A stretch of DNA of 63,139 nucleotides, the filler included, from Rhabdomonas costata (lineage: Eukaryota), in the NCBI GenBank assembly GCA_019059605.1. It is 49 parts of 49 records of this genome, joined end to end, with 100 filler letters (N's around TTAATTAATTAA, not from the genome) between each part and the next. Parts side by side here need not be neighbours in the genome. Positions count along the whole stretch, not along the records: positions 24,527 to 25,717 come from JAHMHO010024265.1; positions 25,818 to 27,008 come from JAHMHO010024266.1; positions 27,109 to 28,299 come from JAHMHO010024267.1; positions 28,400 to 29,590 come from JAHMHO010024268.1; positions 29,691 to 30,881 come from JAHMHO010024269.1; positions 30,982 to 32,172 come from JAHMHO010024270.1; positions 32,273 to 33,462 come from JAHMHO010024271.1; positions 33,563 to 34,753 come from JAHMHO010024272.1; 41 more parts are not named here. One strand, written 5' to 3'. Shown one piece after another: positions 25,713 to 38,930 of the stretch (its first letter is position 1; each line of letters opens with the position of its first letter). The notes beneath the pieces were generated by a model that saw only the letters and a program-made list of their open reading frames with translations, was not told where the DNA came from and did no database searches. The translations under genes were made by a program, and so were the position numbers.

Positions 25713-27765
25713 AAAACNNNNNNNNNNNNNNNNNNNNNNNNNNNNNNNNNNNNNNNNNNNNTTAATTAATTAANNNNNNNNNNNNNNNNNNNNNNNNNNN
25801 NNNNNNNNNNNNNNNNNGGGGTGTGGGGCAAGAATGGAGCGCAGGACGCACGCAGATCGGGAAGGAAGGTTGTGAATTCCGTGTGGGCCAAGGTGCTTGG
25901 ATGAGAGTGGGCTTGGGACTGAGAATGAGGCCACGTGATGTCAAGAGAAAAGTGGCGTAATGCACAAGGAAGGATATAGTGGGGGTCCGTGTGAGCGAGC
26001 AGGAGATCAACATAAAAAACCCAAGCGGTCGGAAGGCGAATGAATAGAGGTGCGAGAAAGTGGAGAACGGTTCGCTGCGCCAAAATGGGGGAAAAGACCG
26101 ACCATAAGGGAGGGAACGCCCCCCGAAAGAACGCAGCATGCCGGTGTTTGAGCGGTATGTGTAAATGAAGAGCCCGGTAACAGAAGGAGGAAGTGCGACT
26201 CCAGAAGAAGTTTTCACATCAATGTTCCAAAAGAAGCATGATGCGGGGAGCAAGGAAGAGAAACTGGGTAAGGGAAAGGGGGGTGGTTTCGCCACATGCG
26301 GTTGAACGCACGAGCATCTGCAATCAGTCGATCCTGTGCCTGAGTCTTGTAGAGCGTGAAGATGGGAATCCCTGGTTGAGGCGGAACACAGATTAGGTAG
26401 CCGTTACGTGTGAGTGTATGCAGGAGCATGTGAGAGTCAATCGAACTGAGCCAGCAGGCATGTGCAGGCAGACCAGGGAGGGAGGGAGGTTTAACTCAGC
26501 AAAACGTACGTGGTCACGAAAGAACGAAAGAATCTGGTGGGTGGAATGATTGGGGAGCAAACAGCAGACACGCACTCTCTCTTTCTCTCCTCTCCCAAAC
26601 TTTCCGTTCTTTCCCTTCCTCATTCTTTCCCTCTCTTCATTCAAACCGACCTGCAGATGTGCCCCTCCCGATTGTTGTGTGTTGTGTGGTTGTCTTTGCA
26701 AATTTGTTTGTCAACTTTCGGTAACCACTCCCTTACCCTAATGCTGCAACACGAGTGGTGGCTTTCCTTGTTTTTTTGTCAGGCAACTTAAACTGAATTG
26801 CCGCCATTAAATTCTTGCTCTGGAGCCTTTTCCTCTAGGGCCATTGAAGAAATCGGGGTTGGTTTTGCACAAGACAACGCTCCAACAATGCAAACCCACC
26901 GCAGCAATGCACAAAGCCCATGATCTCCTCCGACATTGCCTTCAACGCCTACACCACCTTCTCCGCCAACGTGGACTCAATCTGCTTTTACATCGAGAAC
27001 CCCAACCCNNNNNNNNNNNNNNNNNNNNNNNNNNNNNNNNNNNNNNNNNNNNTTAATTAATTAANNNNNNNNNNNNNNNNNNNNNNNNNNNNNNNNNNNN
27101 NNNNNNNNGGGGGTGTGGTACCGGTGTCTTGACCTGCTTTAGCTCTCCGATCTCGCGAGTTTATGATTCATCGCATTTTCTGCAGCCAAACATAGGTGCT
27201 AAACGAATTTTCGGCGCTCCGGAATACTTGCGCCCCACCCCCCACGCCCGACTCTTGAAATAACTTTCTGCCCATCCAGCGGACTATTCGTTCCACATTT
27301 ACTACTGAGCGTGCCCACTCCTCAAGCACTTGACCTGAAAATGGATTCTTGTATTGGTGCGAAGGATATGTACACTGTAAAATTCTTTTTGTGATCTCAA
27401 ATGCGCTCAATACGCGGAGAGCTTAAAAAATGGAAATGATCCCTAAAATGAGGTAGCGAGTGATTGGAAAACTCGTGTCTGTTCAACAGGGCAATGGGCT
27501 GAATAGAACTTAGCGGTTAACGTCGCTCCCCTCCCAGAAAAATGTGCGATGTCTTGTTTCAGATGAAACCCCACACCGACAAGGAAACGGGAAGAGGGGC
27601 TGTGACGTTGTGGGTATGACGTCACGTACCGGTTTTAGCCGACGTTCTCGCAGATATGGAATTGAACCAAAAACCTCGCAAAGGTTCCGTTCCGTTCTGT
27701 TGCGGAACTCAGCAGTGAGAGGGAAAGCGTGAGTTTTGAATCTCTGTGCGGGGGTGAGGGAATAA

Positions 27766-28057
27766 ATGATGGGTTCCCCGGACCGCCCCAAGCGGCCCCG
27801 CGAGCCCTCAGCGGAGGACTCCTCGTCCTGCCCCTCGGGGGGTGGGGGCGGCTCCGGGGAGTCCGAGCCGAAGCGGCCCCACGCCGCGGAGGAGGTCAGC
27901 TTGGAGGACGTGCTGCAGGCCCTGGGGAAGCAGACCGAGGTGATCTACACCCTCACCCCGAGCTCCACGGTGGCCGCCGCGCTGGAGGTGCTGGGGGAGC
28001 GCGGCATCCTCTCCGCGCCGGTGGTGTCGGCGAATAAGGAGTTCCTGGGGATCGTCG
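27766..28057 (+). CDS. CBS-domain protein, first exon
   Basis: TLTPSSTVAAALEVLGERGILSAPVV....FLGIV matches the CBS consensus; GTGCGT donor follows. Confidence 0.8.
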
Positions 28058-31000
28058 GTGCGTTTCGGTTACGTTGAGCTGGCATTTTCTTTCCTTTCTT
28101 TCTTGAAGAAAAAGCAGGACAAGAATTATCAATTATCAAAGGCCTTGTCTGCGCACATGAGCAGAGTGCACTGGTGACACCCATCTTGTCCAAAAAACTC
28201 CAACGGCACAACGGGAGCATGATGTCGGGCAAACACTCCTTCTTGTCTCTACGTCCCTACGCCCTAGTCCATGTACACAGACCTGGTGGACATACTGGAN
28301 NNNNNNNNNNNNNNNNNNNNNNNNNNNNNNNNNNNNNNNNNNNTTAATTAATTAANNNNNNNNNNNNNNNNNNNNNNNNNNNNNNNNNNNNNNNNNNNNG
28401 TGTGGTTGTTCTGAGCCTTGCTCGTGCACAACAACATGAAAGAAAAATGGGGTTCACCCAAAAACGGCCTGAACGCGAGCTGGGGGCAAAGATGCTGCTG
28501 GACGTGTTATTCTACCTTGAGCTCCAATGCACGCTTCCATTTTCGTCAATCTGCCAGCAGAATGATCTTAGCAATGGTCAACCAAGAGTTGGGTGAACAT
28601 TCAAGAGGTGTGAAATTCTTTGAATTCAGAATTCCTGCTGCCTACTGGTTGTGCAGCGGGAAAGAAAAGCGTGCATAGGTGGGGGCAAACTCTTTGATAT
28701 GGGTTACAACTAAAATAATGTCATTCATTACCCTTGCGCAAAGAAGCATCGTTCCCGTGTTGAGATCGCTGAAACACAGCAAACTTCGCAAAAACATTGA
28801 CAATACCAGAGGTATGCATCCCTAAAAAGCAAGCCGCATACCTGCACCAAAAACACGTCCACTAGCAACGCAGCCACCGCAAGGGACCATCCTTCCAAGC
28901 GGGAAAGCCTGCAACCATGACCCTGTCCGAGCCAAACAACTGAGGTAGAAAGCACCAGGTTAAAGCCAAGCATGGCCAGCTCCACTGCAAATCTTCTCCA
29001 CGACGACGCCTCGGGTTCTGGAACGAGAAGAAGCTCTGCGCATCTGGTGTGCACAAGTACCAGAAAAAAAATCGAAAACCATTACAGAGCTTATTCACAG
29101 CTGACGGTATGGGTAATATTTAGCAAAACCAAAGTGCACTATAACACTCCTCTGCCAGCACAGAAAAATGCGAGTTCAAGAGACGTGGGCGGACCTGTGC
29201 AGTACTGTGGTCTGCCTTTGCGCATCACAAGGTGCCAGCGGAAGAACTTCCAATACAGGCTGAGGAGCAGCAACAAGCTCCAGTTCTCTCTGCCGTGGTT
29301 GTTGCGCCACAGAGCCCAAGACATGGGAACCTTCACAATGTAGTGTTGCAATGCTGTTGCAGCTGCCCAGACGATTGTCAATGTTGATCGAGTAGTATGC
29401 AATCTAAAAAAGCAAAAGGAAAGCAAAAAAGCACAGGAAAAATGGAAGCAATAACCCCCCCGAAAAAAATTAGCAGCAGCAGCGCATACCCACAGTTTGG
29501 CCTGCTGTGCGGAGCAAAAATCGAAAGGGCAGGAAACATGAGAAAGCCTCCCGCGAAGGCTCTGCGCAAACAGGGAGGCGGCGGCCCAGANNNNNNNNNN
29601 NNNNNNNNNNNNNNNNNNNNNNNNNNNNNNNNNNTTAATTAATTAANNNNNNNNNNNNNNNNNNNNNNNNNNNNNNNNNNNNNNNNNNNNGGGGTTGGGG
29701 AGAAAAGGTTGCAGCTAACCTTCTTGGACGTTCATACTTCTTGGAGGTTCATCCACTGGGAAGCAAAATAAATTATAAAACTCAAAACAAAAAGGATCCT
29801 GAAAAGGCAATAATTCTGCATCTTTGTCCCCTCTTCCCCTCATGGGTCAGTGCTGGACCTAACTGCGTGCATACCGTAGACCAATCTCAATATTGACTTT
29901 TCGGGAGATAGGGGGGCAGAATTGACTATACAGATGCCATTTTATGAGCAAATTTTGCCTATCTTCCCCCCATTTTTTTATAGCTTATTTTAAGCTATTT
30001 GTATCCCTAATTTTGGCTAATGTTCAGCTTTTATGGTCGTTTTAGGTCAAATTTGACTTTTTTTTGGGGGGGACTTCCTGGGGACTTCACAAGCGAGCAA
30101 TGGAGGTCATGGTGCAACAAGAAAATTTCAGGCGGAGGACCATGCCCTAGGGTCAAAAAGTGCCCTCGGGGGCAAGGAGTGCCAGAAAGTTTCGGAATTA
30201 TTTGCCTTTTTTTTTTGCTATTGAGAGGATCCTTTCTAAATTGAGTTTTGTCAAATGGCTTTAGGCTGCACAGACCTGGGGGGGGTCGACGGAATGTTCG
30301 CTTTGACTTTGTGCAGTATAAACGCATGTGATTGCACGGAACTGAAAAAAGTTGCCTAATGAGACGTTCATAATTACTCGTCCGAGAGAAACGAGGAGGA
30401 TGGAAGCGATCCAGAACGTTTTTCGATCGTTTTTGCCTCCTATACTGTTGCCTCACTCTTCTAACCTCTCGAAGAACGCTGGAATTGTGTGCGGAGGTCG
30501 AAAGCCAAACCTCCCCCCGCCACACATTCTCACCCCACACCCGCAGGTGGTCAGCCACGAGGATGGCCCGGCCGTTCTGGAACTGCTGCATCACAGGCTG
30601 CTCGGCCCGTCGCGCCCCACGCACACCATTGTGCTGTCGGTGTGCACCTCTTTGCCATGATTGTATGTATGTCCTGTGTGCGGCTCGCTCGGGATAAGCG
30701 CACCCTCTCCTTTTTTGCGCAAGCCCGGGGGGGGGGGTTCCAGATCTGTGACGCAAAAAAACCAAACACACCGTTTAGTCTCCGCGGTGCCCATTTCGAT
30801 GACGCATAAGACGCGAAGACGCCAAACGAGCAAGAACTCACGGGACGGCAAATCCCACGTGACAGATGTGCACTTCGAGCANNNNNNNNNNNNNNNNNNN
30901 NNNNNNNNNNNNNNNNNNNNNNNNNTTAATTAATTAANNNNNNNNNNNNNNNNNNNNNNNNNNNNNNNNNNNNNNNNNNNNGGGTGGGGGCGCAAAAACA

Positions 31001-32864
31001 ACGCAAAAACAAGAAAAAGCGCAATGTACAGCAATACATCTGCAGTGCTTGCATAATTGTTCATACCGCTGCTTTTGCAAGGCAGAGGAGGCCATGCAAA
31101 GGAACTTCTCCCGTGCACTAATTGACTGTTACAGTGGGCAACACTGTCAGTGCGTAAAATGAGATTAACCAGGCCAGAAAACATGTCGAAGCAGTCAAAA
31201 CGTGATCAAAAGACTTTCCCGACCACTTCCCCTCTGGCCCTCTGGCACTCTGGCCCAACCCCAACCAGGAACATGGGGTCCTGCAGGTGCCGGGTTGGGG
31301 ACATAAGTTGCCTGGCGCGCTTAAATGGCCGAAGTCTCGTTCCATGGCAAACTTTGGATGGCAACTGGAAAGGGGCAAACACGGGGCATTCTTCAGTCGT
31401 CCCTTATCATTTCGTGGTTTCCATGGTAATGCACTGCTTTCGGTCTATCCCCTCGTTCGGGCGTTGTTTCCTCATCTACTAGAGGGGCCGGCATTCGGGC
31501 TGCTGTAGGGTGATCCACCCCAGGATCCCCTCGCTGCCGTTTCCGTGTTCTCTGGCATGGAGACGTCAAGCGGGCGTTACTGTAACAGTTAAGAAGTTAC
31601 TTTAAGCCGTTAAGAACCTTGTCGCCGCCGTCGTCGTCGATGTGGGTGGGCGTCCCCAAACATTCAGGATTGCTCCTTGTCTGCACAAACACACACTCTC
31701 TCCTTCAGGCTGGGAATTCTCAACCCGAACTTTCAGGCTCGGCATTCATTCGTTTTTGACATCGATGTTGGGTTTTCAGCCAATACTTGAGCGGGTACCC
31801 TCCGGTCCTCACCTCACACGTTAGTATGCAAACTTCTGTGCAGATTCTCAAGAGGAGTGGCGAAACCCTTGGTGGACTTCACGCTAACGTCTGGGAAGTC
31901 ACTTCTCAGAATGGCGAGAGCCTTCTCGTGGTCCTTCGCGTCGCAGGCCCCGGCCAAGGCTTTTCCCGCAGCAAAGGACCGGGGGGCCTGTGGATGGGAG
32001 GCACATGTCCCGCAAGGAAACAACAGAATGCATCCATCAACACAAAACACCAAAATGGAAGCTCTTCCCGTTCGAAACAAGGCTGCCGTCAAAATGCATG
32101 GAGTACAAATTATAAAAGAAGGACTCTCAGTTCTTATTTCAGTTCCCCACACACCCCAACCACACCCAACACNNNNNNNNNNNNNNNNNNNNNNNNNNNN
32201 NNNNNNNNNNNNNNNNTTAATTAATTAANNNNNNNNNNNNNNNNNNNNNNNNNNNNNNNNNNNNNNNNNNNNGTTGGGGGTGCGTGGTGTGTGTGTGTGT
32301 GTCTGTGTGGTTTGCGGGCATTGGTTCACTGACAAAGAGGGGGGTGAAAGGGCGAGAACTCCTAAACCACAGACACACGCACGCACACCACACAGACACA
32401 CACACACACACCACGCACCCCAAACGGCACACGCCACGCGCACTACCCGTGTGCTCTGATGGGCATGCGCAAAAGTCCTGCTGTGAGCCACGGGAAGCAC
32501 ACTACATTGTTCGGGTCAGTTGTTCACAGCGAAAGGGGAGAAACAACGAAGACAGCGTCCAGTAGCCATATTTCAGTGATGAGAAACATCACAGGTCCTC
32601 ACGACCGGTAAACAGAAAAACAGAACAGGACTAAGACAAATTTACATCCCTTCAGAAGATTCAGGCCCACGGGCCTTCAGACTAAAAATCATAAATCTTC
32701 TAAAATCACAAAGCTTCTACCAGTATGCAGAGACAATAATCCAACATGAACTTCACGTCTTCTCACTTAGTGTTGCTCCCTGCGCACACGACCAAATCTC
32801 TTCCAAGAAATGCACAGTGCTCCTTGGACCCGTGGCAAGGCCAGCCCTTTCTTCCCGCACTGAC

Positions 32865-32940
32865 CCGCACGGATGAGCCTCTGCAGCTCAGGCACCACCC
32901 CATCGAAGGCCGCACGGTAGAGCTGGTCGTGCCACTGGTC
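32865..32940 (-). CDS. Short exon encoding an ankyrin-like repeat
   Basis: My translation DQWHDQLYRAAFDGVVPELQRLIRA(G), between AG and GTCAGT; too short for the ORF track. Confidence 0.55.
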
Positions 32941-35900
32941 CTATGACACATAGTCATTTCCAAGGATACAAGGGCAACCAGACAGTGCAAATCAATTCCG
33001 GTAAATACACGGTAACTTTGGTGTCAAAAACCCGAAATCAATTCCAAGACCGTTCCACGCACATTCGAAACCAGAGCACCGCCAGAGGGTGGATTTCGTG
33101 TACTGATTGTGTGTGGGGGGCAATTGGGCAGCAAAAGAAAGACCCTCTGCTTGCGGTCGGAGGTCTCCTTCGCGATCTCACTATGCGAACGCTGCAAAAA
33201 AATGGCACAGCATTGGAAGTACGGAGGGGGCGAATACAGAACAACGGGCACCACAGTCAAAAAGCTCGTTGCGGCCGGAAGAGCAGAAAGCAGGAACCAC
33301 AGGGAAGAAAGACCAGCCAGCAGCAAATCGGCCTGCAGAGAGGCAGGCAGGGTCTGCAGAAAAATCACTGCTACACACGCTTAGCGGAAGTAAATGATCT
33401 CCAACCGATGGGAAGGTCAAGAGAGGGCGGGCGCGGACAACCCAACTGGATCCCACCAACCCNNNNNNNNNNNNNNNNNNNNNNNNNNNNNNNNNNNNNN
33501 NNNNNNTTAATTAATTAANNNNNNNNNNNNNNNNNNNNNNNNNNNNNNNNNNNNNNNNNNNNGTTTGTGGGTCACACACCCTGCTGGCATCACCTTAGCA
33601 TTCCCAATGCAGCAGGTGCAGCATCGGGTGCGGCAGAAGCGGCTCAGAGAAGAAGGCCGCCAACCTCTCCAGAAGGCCAGGTAGCCTGAGACAAGGCCAG
33701 AATCGGTGGAGGTGCGGGGAGAGGGGGGCGTTCCATGCCCACACTGTGTCCTACCAAGTGGACAGTTTTCGTGAACGAAGAAATCTGGGCTGTAAAGGCA
33801 GAGAACTGGAATCACGCCTGTGTCGCATTGCCTTCTTTTTTAAGCCGCCACCTCCAGCAGAGAATCTTTCAAATAAACCTTCGCGCAGCATACCACAACT
33901 GATTACGAACGGTTCAGTGGGTGTACATCTCCACACTGGAGAACGAAGACAAACAGCTCAAGAACAGTTGACTTAATGATTCAAGGGGGCTCGCAAATGC
34001 AACCTACTTGAAGATTCAGAAAAGGGTTCCTCGCAGAGCTCCAAAGCACATCGATGCAAGGAACGCGGATCGCTTCTCAACTCCTTCAATCAAAAAACTA
34101 CTGAACTCAATACCATACGGTTGCAGAGTGTAAGCAAACACCTACCGCCCTCTCAGGCAGAAGAAAGAAACAAGCGAGGATGTATTTTGTATGAGATTGG
34201 TGGGGAGGGGAGGGGCAGGTACCGGCAAGTGCCAGTAAGCTGACCACGGCAATCGCCAAGTTGACTGCTACGGAGAGCTCCAGGCCTCCACCAGGCTCGG
34301 ACCAGACCGGAAGCTCTGAGACGGCGCTGCTCACCGCCACAGCATCGTTTCTGCTGCGGCCGGTGACGTTTCGCAGCGAACCTCTTCGCACAGCAAACAC
34401 CTCAGTCCGTGTTCCGAGAAACCGCCCTTCAAACCTGGCTTGTTCCTGGAAAATAAAAATGAACTGTGCCTTGCGATCGTCATAAGGGCAGGGGCACAAT
34501 CGTCAAAAGATTCTGAACCAAAAGAAAAGGACGAAAGACAGGCAGTCATGCAACCGGGAACCGCTGTCAAGCAAAACCGCGGCAGCAAAGGCTGTATACT
34601 GAGCAATGCTGACACAAGCCTAGACAAAAGGATACGGAGCAATTCCTTCCTTTAATGTGCAATGTGTAATGAATTCCAGAACAGGTGCACGTTGAAAAGT
34701 ACAAGAAGCGCAAACAAAAGCCTGGAACCTCATGCTAGTGCAGATACTTTCTANNNNNNNNNNNNNNNNNNNNNNNNNNNNNNNNNNNNNNNNNNNNTTA
34801 ATTAATTAANNNNNNNNNNNNNNNNNNNNNNNNNNNNNNNNNNNNNNNNNNNNGTTGTGGGGTATATCGTAAGACCACCAGAAACCGCAAACCAGAAGCA
34901 CGCTCGTTTACCCCTCGAAGTCCTCAGCACGTGAACGAGCGTGCTTCTGGTTTGCGGTTTCTGGTGGTCTTACGATATACCCTACTCTGTAAACACCGCC
35001 TCCACGGCCCAGGCGCGTTTCGCGGGACTCCACGGCATTGTACAGGGCGCAGAAAATCAATGCAAAAGCAAAGTTGGTATAGAGCTAGAAGAAACAACTG
35101 TAAAGGCAACGTGTCATGGCAGTAAATAAATGCACTCTACGTACTGCTGCTAGACCTACGCCCCCGGGTTCCAGAGCAACCTCAGTGATTTCAGGTGCAG
35201 TATCTCACTACCCAGAGTTAAGTGGGACACCCTGGCATGGTTTATATGTTCCGTGCAGGAGTACGCCATGGATCAAGAGGCCCGCAAGGATCCCGGAGGG
35301 TGGGAGCCCATCAAGCCCCCGGCGATTAAGTTCGACCCCGCGCCGCCTCGTCTCGTCCGGAAGCACGTTGGGAGCCACTAGCCCGATCCCCCCGGTTTCC
35401 GGGGCGAGCGCTGCGTGATCATACCCACAGACAAGTTTCCGAAATTACATCCTGTTTCGTGTGCCCGTTTGACTGTTTTTTTTTACACTCTTGATGAGCT
35501 TGAAAATTACAGGTTGAATTATACATATGACTCCTCAACAACTCCTCAAGGAACATCCCTATGAAAGTTTTGCGTCGCAGGTTTTGAACCTCGCTGGTTC
35601 ACGGTGATAGTTTTACGACCAGAGGGACAGCACTCGAACATCGAGGGGGAGATTTGGAATCCTACCTGAGAGTAACACAATGCACGTCGCGTGCAATCTA
35701 AAACGTGTTATTTATGAGAGGCTTTGAAATTCCGCTGGTGTTTGTCAAAACTACCCAGCCTTTGCTGTCTTTGTGAGACGAAGTATTCTGGCCCGCTGCG
35801 ATTTTTACGTAGATTTGAACGTACACCAATGAGCACAGTCTTAACTCCCAAGGATTATCACTTTCCACTCACTATGTGTTGCTTTCGGGCTGAGACAATT

Positions 35901-36542
35901 TTGTACCTGGTGCTGTGTGCTTTGCTACAGGTCTCTTTTGCTATTGTTGTGTCGTTTCTGTGGTCCTTCTCTGCACGGGATTGTTTTGAATGGTGCCTTT
36001 TTCCTTGAGAACATCTTTGCGGTAGCGTTCTTTCCCCACACAACNNNNNNNNNNNNNNNNNNNNNNNNNNNNNNNNNNNNNNNNNNNNTTAATTAATTAA
36101 NNNNNNNNNNNNNNNNNNNNNNNNNNNNNNNNNNNNNNNNNNNNGGGGTGGGGGGGGCGTTTCCAGAAGCGTCATCCCAGAAGTTTGGGTTAAGTTGGTT
36201 GGGTTGGAGTTGGCGGAATGATCAACGTTATGGGCAGAACGCAATCATTTCATATACTGCAGCTTTACAGCTCTCCAGTTTTCTGTATGGGGTTTCTGAG
36301 TGGTGTTTTTGTCGCGTGGAAACGAAATTCCACCTTTACAACTGTGATACTGGAGGGGGACCAAGCGCCAATTATCCCCATTTTTTCAATTGGTTTTGAG
36401 TCTTCAAATTCCAAGAACTGATTTCCCAGATTGAATTCGAAGTGCGTTTTAGTCAGTTGCTCTCGCTGTATTCCGTTTAGAAACCCCGCCACGGCGCTCT
36501 TTTGTTGGTCTTTCCTTTGTATTCCGTTCAGGGTTCTCGTAG

Positions 36543-36748
36543 GTGCTGTCCTATGCGAGGACATCACCGTGGAGGGGACGCTCGTCGCTCCAGGTGCGTG
36601 TTTTTTCCAAGTAAATGTACTTGCTTGCGCTTTGCAGCCGTTTCTTTTATTCGCTTGCTTCAGGTGTTGACTTTCGTCGAGGGGTTCGCATCACGGTGGA
36701 CGGAGGACGCCATGTCACCTACTCTCGCGTGGATGGCACCTTCGCCCT
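36543..36748 (+). CDS. EMC7: ER membrane protein complex subunit 7-like, N-terminal exons (36543-36593, 36664-36748)
   Basis: ITVEGTL...VRITVDGGRHVTYSRVDGTFAL resembles the EMC7 beta-sandwich start; the GT-AG intron splices in frame. Confidence 0.7.
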
Positions 36749-37086
36749 GTATGCAGCTCTTTCTGTGCAGTTAGAAGCGTGTCAAAAAAAAAGAAGAGAA
36801 GAGAAGATAAACAAATTCAAATGTTTCCCAACGAATGTTTAGATGCTGGTGTCCACCCACCAAAACGGGTCGCTCAATGCTGCCACTACTATCTCTTACT
36901 TGGCCCAGCATCGCTCCAGGGTTAAAAAAATGAGAGGAAAAAAGATGATTAAAAAGTTAAGCAGAGGTTCTCATCTTTATTTTCACTTACCTTTAGTACC
37001 GCTACGGTAATGAAAAATGTAAACCACCCACTGGTGCAGCATAACCTCAAAAACACACCACAAAGATGGATAAGAACTGCTGACCT

Positions 37087-37298
37087 CGCATGTGAAGCAC
37101 ACTGGCATGTAGCTGCAGCCCGACATCACTCGGTTGTGAAGCCGCCACGAAGCAGCCGTCGTAGTCAGGACCACGATTATGCAGATACGGCAGCACAAGC
37201 GAAGGCGAAAACTTTCCGGAGCACACTTCGCATGATGTAGTCAAAGGAACCACCGGAAGAATACGATGCCCACAAAGTAAGGCAAGAATCCCACACAT
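37087..37298 (-). CDS. Asparagine synthetase domain-containing protein (Ntn amidotransferase), first exon
   Basis: MCGI start, L.NRGPD and ASVLHMRG motifs typical of ASNSD1-like proteins. Confidence 0.8.
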
Positions 37299-38434
37299 AC
37301 CGTGTGCGAAAAGAGAAGGAGTACCCCCACAACAANNNNNNNNNNNNNNNNNNNNNNNNNNNNNNNNNNNNNNNNNNNNTTAATTAATTAANNNNNNNNN
37401 NNNNNNNNNNNNNNNNNNNNNNNNNNNNNNNNNNNTTTTGGTGGTGTGCTCCTGCCCACATGCAAACACACACACACGCACACGCAAAAGCACAAGCGCA
37501 CAAACGCATGACCTCGGCATGCCCTTTCTGAAAAAGAAAAGCGACCTGCGCTAGTCAGTTAAAGGAAACGAAGCGAGATGAGAGATGGTTATGAAGCGAG
37601 GCAGTTGAACTGTAGGGGCACGCACTCAGTGTGCGGAGGAAATTGTTCGCCCGCACGCACATCTGTTGGCGTCTGCGGAGGAAAGGGGCCCTCCCATCCT
37701 GAACTGAGCATACATCAAGGCGGAAGGAATCAAAACTCACGCTCTGGTGTCGATGCCCGCCCGCCGTCCCCGCGCTGTGGTGCCGAACCTGAGATCGTTG
37801 CTCTCCGCGCAACGTGCTCCTTGTGGACGTACGTGGTATTTCAGCCCTGCTCTCTAAAAATACTGACGTTTCCGAAAGGAGGCGCATATTTTCAGGAGTC
37901 TGCCATGCGAATATCCAACAACTCTCGCAGACATGTGCTTGAACCTCTGCACCCCAAATGGCGAGGAGAGTGCCGAGCCCCGAAACTTATTGCTGTCGGC
38001 ACAGGACATCCTCATGCCAGCGCTCACGCACACCAACTGACAGCCGTCTCACTGTGTGTGTAGCTTGTGCTCGTCATGGGGTTGACATTGAAGCTGTGCT
38101 GCCCCCGCTTGTGGCGGTTGATGGGTTTGTGGTGGAGTGTGAAGACATGAAGACCATTTCAGCCCCGACAATTTCAGCCTCTGTTAGGCTCACCACTGAT
38201 GTTGGCCCGTGTCTCCCTCATAAAGTACCATACCTCAGAATTCTAACACTACTACCCCTCAATCCAAAGTCTCGCTTCCCATCTCTTTCTCATCTTTCTT
38301 GCCCTCTGGACGTTTTATATTCCGTTCTGAAACCTTTGTGAATCACCCGCTCAGCTCCCAGCGTCCTCTCTGGTAGTCGTGCTGCTCAGTCCTTCAATTT
38401 TCCTTCCCTCTCGACTTTGTCTGCGAATGCTCAG

Positions 38435-38584
38435 GCCGGATCGCCTTGGCGACACAGACGGAGATGGCCGAGACCCCGCTGCAGGAGAAGCTCGCCCTAC
38501 TGGGCTCCCAGATCGGCAAGCTGGGGCTGCTGCTCGCCCTTGTTCTGTTCCTCGCACTGAGCATTAAGGAGGCTGTAAAGGCGG
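38435..38584 (+). CDS. P-type (PMCA-like) ATPase exon, TM3 region
   Basis: GRI......ETPLQEKL..L..QIGKLGL..A. Confidence 0.85.
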
Positions 38585-38930
38585 GTACGGGCCACACCAC
38601 CACCGCGGTGGTGGTGTGGCCCAAACNNNNNNNNNNNNNNNNNNNNNNNNNNNNNNNNNNNNNNNNNNNNTTAATTAATTAANNNNNNNNNNNNNNNNNN
38701 NNNNNNNNNNNNNNNNNNNNNNNNNNGGTTGGGTGGAAGAGACGCGAATTATTTACTTTGGGTTTTGGGATGTAGTTAGCTTTTGTTTTTTCTCCGCACA
38801 AGAGAACAGCAGCACAGAAAACATGTCCAAAATTAACTCTCCCGTGGAGCTTGTTCAGCCATACCCAGCAGCGGTTCTTCGACTTTCCGTCCCTTTTCCG
38901 ACACTCTTCTTATATTTTCTCTGCGTGCAG

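Noticed and set aside
36293-36310. tttctgagtg resembling part of a euglenid spliced leader
   Set aside because: Only ~10 nt match, with no downstream SL-RNA features.
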